The notes below the pieces were generated by a model. It searched no databases. It saw only the letters and a program-made list of their open reading frames with translations, and was not told the DNA's origin. The position numbers and the translations under genes were made by a program. Positions 58,238 to 64,000 of a stretch of DNA of 64,000 nucleotides are shown piece by piece. Source of the stretch: Candidatus Aenigmatarchaeota archaeon (GTDB taxonomy: Archaea > Aenigmatarchaeota > Aenigmatarchaeia > GW2011-AR5 > JACRMX01); assembly GCA_018304635.1 (NCBI GenBank), contig JAGVVW010000001.1, positions 43,693 through 107,692 of the forward strand. Direction: 5' to 3'. Position 1 is the first letter of the stretch, and every line of letters begins with the position of its first letter.

Positions 58238-59566
58238 ATGCGTTGCCAACGCAAAAAGTTTATAAACTTTTGCGTTAGTAATGCATATATGGATATTGAA
58301 ACTCTGAAGCTTATAATTCACGAGCAAAAGGATGATGTAGAGAGCAGATTTAGGAAGGAAAATATAATCGAAAGAGATATTGAAAAGCTCTTTGATTTAA
58401 ACAAAACCAAACAGGTTCTGACAATCACAGGCATAAGGCGATGTGGTAAATCTACACTTGCTCACTTATTTCTTAAAAAATATAAATATGCTTATATAAA
58501 TTTTGATGACGAAAGGATAGAGTCCATAAAAATTTCGGATATGAATAAAATTCTTGAGGCGTTTTACCAGTTATACGGAAACATAGATTTTATAATATTC
58601 GATGAAATTCAAAACGTCCTTAAATGGGAACTTTTTATAACAAGATTACAACAGAGCAAAAAAATTATAATAACAGGCAGCAATTCCCGATTACTTTCCA
58701 GTGAACTTTCAACACGCCTTACAGGAAGGCACATAGACATTATACTATCTCCATTTTCGTTCCGAGAATTCTTAAGATTTAGAGGATTGAACTATGATAT
58801 TTATCTGACTGCTGATATAGCTAAAATAAAAAATTATTTGAATGAATATCTAATTCGTGGTGGTTTTCCTGAAGGCGATGACAAATATCATGTAAAATCA
58901 ATTTACGATGATATAATAACCAAAGACATACTTCTTAGACATAACATAAAGTTCCGTTCTGTTTTTAAGGAGTTTGCAAGACTGGCAGTTTCAAGTTTTT
59001 CTAATGAGATAACCTATTCGAATTTTAAAGATATACTTAATGTTAAAAGTGTTCATACAATAAGAAATTACCTAGATGTACTGGAAGAAGTTTTCCTTGT
59101 TTTTAAGTTGCCAAAGTTTTCATTCAAGTTTAAACAACAAATAAGAGAACCTAAAAAATTATACGTTGTTGATAATGGAATAATTGATATGTTGGGTTTT
59201 AAATTCAGGGAAAATATCGGGCGTATTTATGAAAATACTGTTTTCCTTGAATTGAAAAGAAGGCAATCTTTGAATAATATGACAGAACTGTTTTATTACA
59301 AAACTTCTCAAGGACATGAGGTTGATTTTGTTGTTAAGCGGGGAGTAAATGTTCAACATCTTATTCAAGTATGTTATAATATTAAAGATGAAAATGTAAA
59401 AAAGAGGGAAATACGGTCATTGATCCAGTCTAGTAAGGATCTTAGATGCAAAAGTTTAATTATTATTACAGGTGATTATGAAGCTGAGGAAGAGATTTCG
59501 TGGTTTGGTATAGAAAGGAAGATAAAATTTATACCACTCTGGAAATGGATGCTGACGGATTTATAG
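58238..59566 (+). CDS. AAA-type ATPase of the archaeal DUF4143 family
   Basis: Walker A GIRRCGKST and Walker B IIFDEIQ. The C-terminus KIKFIPLWKWML is shared with the paralog at 62617. Confidence 0.65.
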   Translation: MRCQRKKFINFCVSNAYMDIETLKLIIHEQKDDVESRFRKENIIERDIEKLFDLNKTKQVLTITGIRRCGKSTLAHLFLKKYKYAYINFDDERIESIKISDMNKILEAFYQLYGNIDFIIFDEIQNVLKWELFITRLQQSKKIIITGSNSRLLSSELSTRLTGRHIDIILSPFSFREFLRFRGLNYDIYLTADIAKIKNYLNEYLIRGGFPEGDDKYHVKSIYDDIITKDILLRHNIKFRSVFKEFARLAVSSFSNEITYSNFKDILNVKSVHTIRNYLDVLEEVFLVFKLPKFSFKFKQQIREPKKLYVVDNGIIDMLGFKFRENIGRIYENTVFLELKRRQSLNNMTELFYYKTSQGHEVDFVVKRGVNVQHLIQVCYNIKDENVKKREIRSLIQSSKDLRCKSLIIITGDYEAEEEISWFGIERKIKFIPLWKWMLTDL

Positions 59567-60328
59567 TCCCAACAGATGCAAGAACAGATTTCCGTAAATC
59601 AGCGTAATTATAAGGGCAATTGGAAAAACAGGACCGAAACGCACGCCTTCTTTTACTGTAACAAAACCGCCTTTTTCATGTAGTGCTTTTAATTCATGTT
59701 TCTTGATTCCGCGCCATTCCTTATATTCCAGAAGTACATCACCTTCGCGTACATCACTTGCTGGAATACTTCGCTTAAACCCGTGTTTCTCAATGTGAAC
59801 TGATAGTCTCCAGAATATCAACAGGCCTGCTGTAAATACCATCATGCTTATACCATATATGATATTAATGAATAATGAAAGCGATGATATTGCAACAGTA
59901 ATCAAAAACCATAGTTTATATTTTTTAATGTCATCCAGCGCCATCTTTAAAATTCCGGGTGTTTTAATGCTGTAGATTATCGCATAAATCGCTGAATAGA
60001 ATGCACCGACAAAAACAATATTCACAGTGAAATTTAGTGTTATCTGCGGAATAGCATAAATTACAGCAGACATCAAAGCAGCGTCACCAAGCCCCCAGAA
60101 TCCTTTTTTATATAAAACAAATCCTGTAAGAAGTGATAGTGTTCCGTATATAATCGAATTTGTGATGTTCGTATATATCATCGTTTGTCCTGCGTAGATA
60201 AACCATGTAAAAATTCCTATACCAGCTAACAGAATAGGTATTTCATCAGGAATATCTGTTGTAAAAAGATCCCATGCACCTGCTGATGCACACGCGAAGA
60301 CAGCTGCCAAAATCAAAAAATCAAACAT
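59561..60328 (-). CDS. A24-family (presenilin-like) prepilin / preflagellin peptidase-like membrane protein with a C-terminal soluble extension
   Basis: First catalytic Asp context AWDLFTTDIPDEIP and GxGD-type motif WGLGDAALMS within a multi-TM body. Confidence 0.5.
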   Translation of the reverse strand: MFDFLILAAVFACASAGAWDLFTTDIPDEIPILLAGIGIFTWFIYAGQTMIYTNITNSIIYGTLSLLTGFVLYKKGFWGLGDAALMSAVIYAIPQITLNFTVNIVFVGAFYSAIYAIIYSIKTPGILKMALDDIKKYKLWFLITVAISSLSLFINIIYGISMMVFTAGLLIFWRLSVHIEKHGFKRSIPASDVREGDVLLEYKEWRGIKKHELKALHEKGGFVTVKEGVRFGPVFPIALIITLIYGNLFLHLLGL

Positions 60329-60354
60329 ACATATAATTGCATAGCTTATGATTT

Positions 60355-60492
60355 ATATGAATGCAATTATTATATTTTCGAAATCTCTGACAAGGTTTCG
60401 AAAATTGGAAATTTGACAGAATTTCCAAAATCATGAATTGCCATATTTTCTATATTTCTATACATAAACTACGCAATTCATGATATATACAG
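60355..60492. repeat. R1 structured repeat copy 2
   Basis: About 85% identical to 12594-12722. The third stem, atgaattgc/gcaattcat here versus gtgaattgc/gcaattcac in copy 1, differs by a compensatory pair. Confidence 0.8.
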
Positions 60493-60586
60493 ATTTGCAC
60501 AATTTATTTTAAATAAATAAAGCAGTTTAGGATAAAAAATAACTGCGGAAAGAATATATACTTATTGATTAATATTTATTTTATGC

Positions 60587-61321
60587 TTGTTCCAAAAACC
60601 GGAGGTTCTTAAAATGTTACCTAGACATATAGGCATTATACTAGATGGCAATCGCAGATTTGCACGGGAGCTTATGAAGAATCCATGGGAAGGCCATAAA
60701 ATAGGACTGCTTAAAGCTAGGGATGTTTTGAGATGGGCGTGCAATATAGGTATCAGGCACGTTACAGCTTATACATTATCTCTGGAAAATATAAAAACAA
60801 GGCCAAAAAAAGAGCTGAATTACATTCTAAAGCAGCTGGAGCAGGAATCCAAGACTATATTAAATGATGCAAAGCATATTGTTCATCAGATGAAAGTCAG
60901 GGTCAGATTCATAGGTCGTACAAATGAACTGCCAGAGCATCTTATTTCACTGTTCAAGGAGGTTGAAGAGAGAACATCTTCTTATAAAAAACACTTTCTG
61001 AATGTTGCGGTTGCCTACGGCGGACAGCAGGAAATAATTGATGCTGCAAAATCCATTGCTAAAAAAGTTTCCAGAGGCGAAATAATTGCTGATGATATAG
61101 ACGAGAATGTGTTTATCCAGAATCTTTATGTGCCTAATCAGCCAATGCCTGACCTTATACTGCGAACTGGAGGTGATCACAGACTGTCAAATTTCATGGC
61201 ATTCCAGTCAGCTTATTCTGAATTGATGTTTATAGATAAAAAATGGCCTGAACTTACAGAAAAGGATTTCATGGATGCAATACATGAATTCGAGGTTCGG
61301 GAGAGACGGTTTGGCGGATGA
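60587..61321 (+). CDS. uppS: Di-trans,poly-cis prenyl diphosphate synthase (UppS, cis-prenyltransferase)
   Basis: HIGIILDGNRRFA and RTGG..RLSNF motifs; the start may be M10 (60614). Confidence 0.85.
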   Translation: MFQKPEVLKMLPRHIGIILDGNRRFARELMKNPWEGHKIGLLKARDVLRWACNIGIRHVTAYTLSLENIKTRPKKELNYILKQLEQESKTILNDAKHIVHQMKVRVRFIGRTNELPEHLISLFKEVEERTSSYKKHFLNVAVAYGGQQEIIDAAKSIAKKVSRGEIIADDIDENVFIQNLYVPNQPMPDLILRTGGDHRLSNFMAFQSAYSELMFIDKKWPELTEKDFMDAIHEFEVRERRFGG

Positions 61322-61518
61322 AAAAATCCCAATTACTAAAACTAAAGGCATTATTACTGTTTTCAAAAAATAATTTGCCAATGCCTGCGAAACCTGTAAT
61401 TGTCCGGGAACTCCAAAAAAACGGGTTTGTTGAATTGGCAAACTTATTCAGAAAAATAGAAAAAATAAACGAAAAGAAAGAATTATTGGAGTTTTTTTAT
61501 ATTAATCTAAATGATTGA
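61318..61518 (+). CDS. Small basic hypothetical protein
   Basis: 66-aa ORF overlapping the uppS stop by 4 nt. Confidence 0.3.
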   Translation: MKKSQLLKLKALLLFSKNNLPMPAKPVIVRELQKNGFVELANLFRKIEKINEKKELLEFFYINLND

Positions 61519-61519
61519 A

Positions 61520-62257
61520 TCATTCCACAACATACGTTTCCTCTGTTGCTCTTCTTGCGGCAATTATGATTTCTTTTGTTTCAGGGTCCATTACTGCACA
61601 ATTAAATGTTGCATCTTCAAAATTAATAGTTGTTTCAAAATTTTTTACACCTATCAGGTTTGCTTCCCTAAGGTTTGCTCCTCTAAGGTTTGCTTTCCCA
61701 AGGTATGCTTCCTCAAGGTATGCTCCCCCAAGGTATGCTTTCCCAAGGTATGCTCCTCTAAGGTTTGCTCCTCTAAGGTTTGCTTTCCCAAGGTATGCTT
61801 CCTCAAGGTCTGCTTCCTCAAGGTCTGCTCTCCCAAGGTATGCTTTCCCAAGGTTTGCTCCTCTAAGGTTTGCTTTCCCAAGGTATGCTCCCCCAAGGTT
61901 TGCTTCCTCAAGGTCTGCTCTCCCAAGGTATGCTCCCCCAAGGTTTGCTTCCTCAAGGTCTGCTCTCCCAAGGTATGCTCCCCCAAGGTATGCTTTCCCA
62001 AGGTTTGCTCCTCTAAGGTATGTTCCCCTAGCTATAACACGCGGTAAATATATTCCAGTTGCAACTATTCCTATCATTATAGAATCAGACAGGTCTATAC
62101 GCTTATCAACATGTTCTTTCAGATATTGTTGCATGGTTCCATATTCTTCATGGTCTGTTAAATCATAATATGCAGGTAGTATTATTCCTTTCAAATCTTT
62201 TTCACCACCTAATATTTTAGCTATAAATTCTTTTCCATTCATTTGTATTAGTAACAT
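61520..62257 (-). CDS. Pentapeptide-repeat protein
   Basis: More than 25 tandem A(N/D)LxxA(Y/N)L pentapeptides (ANLGGAYLGRADLEEANLGGAYLGKANLRGANL...) between non-repetitive N- and C-terminal domains. The plus-strand overlapping ORFs are by-products of the same repeat. Confidence 0.75.
   Translation of the reverse strand: MLLIQMNGKEFIAKILGGEKDLKGIILPAYYDLTDHEEYGTMQQYLKEHVDKRIDLSDSIMIGIVATGIYLPRVIARGTYLRGANLGKAYLGGAYLGRADLEEANLGGAYLGRADLEEANLGGAYLGKANLRGANLGKAYLGRADLEEADLEEAYLGKANLRGANLRGAYLGKAYLGGAYLEEAYLGKANLRGANLREANLIGVKNFETTINFEDATFNCAVMDPETKEIIIAARRATEETYVVE
61640..62020. repeat. 15-nt-periodic DNA tandem repeat array (coding for the pentapeptide repeats)
   Basis: Units such as aaggtttgctcctct / aaggtatgctttccc are repeated about 25 times with minor variants. 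Confidence 0.85.
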
Positions 62258-62346
62258 TTTACCACCATTACGTTATTTATTATGATACAAACGTATTTAA
62301 AGCCAAAATATGCAAAAAAAGATTCCTTTCAATATGTGTATGATAT

Positions 62347-62399
62347 TCAGAAAGCGAAGCTTTCTGATATGCCAAAGAACCTTTGGTTCTTTGAGCATG
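62347..62399. repeat. R4 double-hairpin element copy B
   Basis: cagaaagc-gaa-gctttctg atatgc caaagaacc-ttt-ggttctttg agcatg. Confidence 0.75.
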
Positions 62400-62616
62400 A
62401 AGATTTCCTTTGCCCAATTTTCAATGGAGGCAAAGAAAATTTGTTATGGTTTGAGGTATAAAGGATATGTGGATTTTTTCAGTCTCTCTATTTAAAAATG
62501 GAGAATTAAAAAATCATGCAGATGTTGAAATCAACCGGTCAGTTAACTGACCGAAAAGTATATAAATACGGTCAGTATAGTATACTTACAAAGCTAAAGC
62601 TTTCTGGCTATATACA

Positions 62617-63927
62617 TTGAGGTCTATGAAAATGGAGTTTCTATTCAAAGAATGGCAGGATATCTGGATTCCTGAACTGAAGGAAAGAGAACTGGAAGTG
62701 AAAATATCCGAAAAGGTGAGGAAGATAATAACATTCACCGGAATAAGAAGGTCTGGGAAAACATATATGATGTTTCAGTTCATAAAACAACTTTCTGAAA
62801 ATGTACCGAAAGAGAATATTTTCTATATTAATTTTGAAGATGAAAGAATAGAAAAGACGAAAGAGAGCCTCACGCATCTTATTCCAACATTAATGAAGCT
62901 TTATGGCAATTCAGACAAGCAGTATTTTCTTTTTCTAGATGAAATACAGATAATGCCTGATTGGAGTCAGTGGTTGAGGAGAGTATACGACAGTTACAGG
63001 AACATAAATTTTGTTGTTTCTGGTTCCAGTTCAAAATTATCGAGCAGAGAAATTCCTACAGAATTGAGGGGAAGAGCACTCAATTATGAAATACTCCCTC
63101 TCAGTTTCATAGAATTCCTTAAGTTCAAAGGTATAGAACTTGAAAAACATTTTGAACACAGCGAAAGAAAAATGAGCATTCTAAAAAGGGAATTAGATGA
63201 TTATATAGAAAATGGTGGATTTCCAGAGGTTGTTCTTGAGGATCCGGTGTCGAATAAGAAAAAATTTGTTCAGGAATACTTCAGGACAATGATAAGCAGG
63301 GATATGATAGAAAGACATAATGTCAAAAAGGTACACCTACTGAATGATTTTCTAAAGCTTCTGATTAATAGCAAGGAATTCTCTGTAAATAAAAGTGTGA
63401 ATATATTTCGTTCTCAGGGAAAACAAGCAGGAAAGGAAACACTAATCAACTATATGAAATATGCTGAAGAAAGCTATTTCTGTTTCTTTATTCCGATATT
63501 CTCATACAAAATAAAAGATCAAATGAGATACTCTCATAAAGTTTATTTTACTGACAATTCGTTTATAACAAACCTTTCTCTGAGGTTTTTAAAGAATTCT
63601 GGCAGGTTCTATGAGAATCTGGTTGCAATTGAGTTAATAAGGAAAAAGACAATTGATCCTATGCTTGAAATTTATTACTGGAAAAACAAATCCGGAGAAG
63701 TAGATTTTGTCATTAAGCGAGGCTTGAAAGTAAAGCAACTCATTCAGGTATGCTATGATATTACATATTATGATGTGAAAAAAAGAGAAGTAGAGGCTCT
63801 TTTAGATGCCTCGAAGGAATTGAAGTGCAATGAACTTCTTGTTATAACAAACGAAAATGAAAGTATAGAATACTTTGAGGGCAAAAAAATAAAGTTCATA
63901 CCTCTTTGGAAATGGTTGTTAGGTTAG
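62617..63927 (+). CDS. AAA-type ATPase of the DUF4143 family (paralog of 58238-59566)
   Basis: Walker A GIRRSGKT and Walker B LFLDEIQ; same domain order and C-terminal KIKFIPLWKWLL. Confidence 0.65.
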   Translation: MRSMKMEFLFKEWQDIWIPELKERELEVKISEKVRKIITFTGIRRSGKTYMMFQFIKQLSENVPKENIFYINFEDERIEKTKESLTHLIPTLMKLYGNSDKQYFLFLDEIQIMPDWSQWLRRVYDSYRNINFVVSGSSSKLSSREIPTELRGRALNYEILPLSFIEFLKFKGIELEKHFEHSERKMSILKRELDDYIENGGFPEVVLEDPVSNKKKFVQEYFRTMISRDMIERHNVKKVHLLNDFLKLLINSKEFSVNKSVNIFRSQGKQAGKETLINYMKYAEESYFCFFIPIFSYKIKDQMRYSHKVYFTDNSFITNLSLRFLKNSGRFYENLVAIELIRKKTIDPMLEIYYWKNKSGEVDFVIKRGLKVKQLIQVCYDITYYDVKKREVEALLDASKELKCNELLVITNENESIEYFEGKKIKFIPLWKWLLG

Positions 63928-63959
63928 GAAGATGCATCATTTGTTTTTGTTTGAATTAT

Positions 63960-64000
63960 TCACAAACACCTTTCCTTCATTGCTCTTCTTGCAGCAACTA
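63960..64000 (-). CDS. 3' end of a second pentapeptide-repeat-protein paralog (partial at the window edge)
   Basis: Minus-strand reading gives ...AARRAMKERCL*. Its DNA (ttccttcattgctcttcttgcagcaa) closely matches the 3' end of 61520-62257 (ttcctctgttgctcttcttgcggcaa). Confidence 0.35.
   Translation of the reverse strand, partial: VAARRAMKERCL

Noticed and set aside
61640-62020. Possible CRISPR array because of very regular short repeats
   Set aside because: The units are contiguous 15-nt repeats with no spacers, and they encode a clean pentapeptide-repeat protein on the minus strand.
61511-62168. Plus-strand ORFs encoding Cys-rich (VCFPKVCSSKVC) or Pro/Arg-rich repeats
   Set aside because: They are frame-shadows of the tandem DNA repeat. 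Only the minus-strand frame has ordered non-repetitive termini and a known repeat-protein class.

Overview
AT-rich (roughly one-third GC) archaeal chromosomal window, about 85% coding. All product calls come from reading motifs in the supplied ORF translations, and all repeat and structure calls come from inspecting the nucleotide text by eye. No database search or alignment tool was used, so coordinates of small elements may be off by 1-3 nt. Several core archaeal markers are recognisable: aIF5A, an HMf-type histone, DnaG primase, Hjc resolvase, Orc1/Cdc6 followed by a PolD small-subunit (DP1)-like gene, family B DNA polymerase, the HMG-CoA synthase / thiolase / DUF35 trio, glycerol-1-phosphate dehydrogenase and a cis-prenyltransferase (UppS). 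Accessory content includes a Fic protein, four MNT-type nucleotidyltransferases (two with HEPN partners), a HicAB pair, a PIN protein, a eukaryote-like Ser/Thr kinase, an ABC-2 exporter, CorA, a K+ channel, a PAP2 phosphatase, a large N-glycosylation-sequon-rich surface protein with an adjacent glycosyltransferase / sugar-nucleotidyltransferase / GHMP-kinase cluster, two DUF4143 ATPase paralogs and pentapeptide-repeat genes. Most notable: (1) a candidate oriC with three ORB / mini-ORB boxes immediately upstream of orc1/cdc6; (2) three genes interrupted by single in-frame stop codons, one each of TAA, TGA and TAG, the last implying a PIG-L / IMPase fusion; (3) at least six families of short palindromic intergenic repeats, several with compensatory or wobble changes preserving stems, two of them forming shared 5' leaders of thiolase, DUF35, aIF5A and a beta-CASP RNase; (4) a pentapeptide-repeat gene encoded by a 15-nt-periodic DNA tandem array; (5) an EF-Tu-like protein with a degenerate GTPase domain; (6) a 150-bp GC-rich island and an 820-bp ORF-free region of unknown nature. 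No rRNA, tRNA or CRISPR array could be supported.
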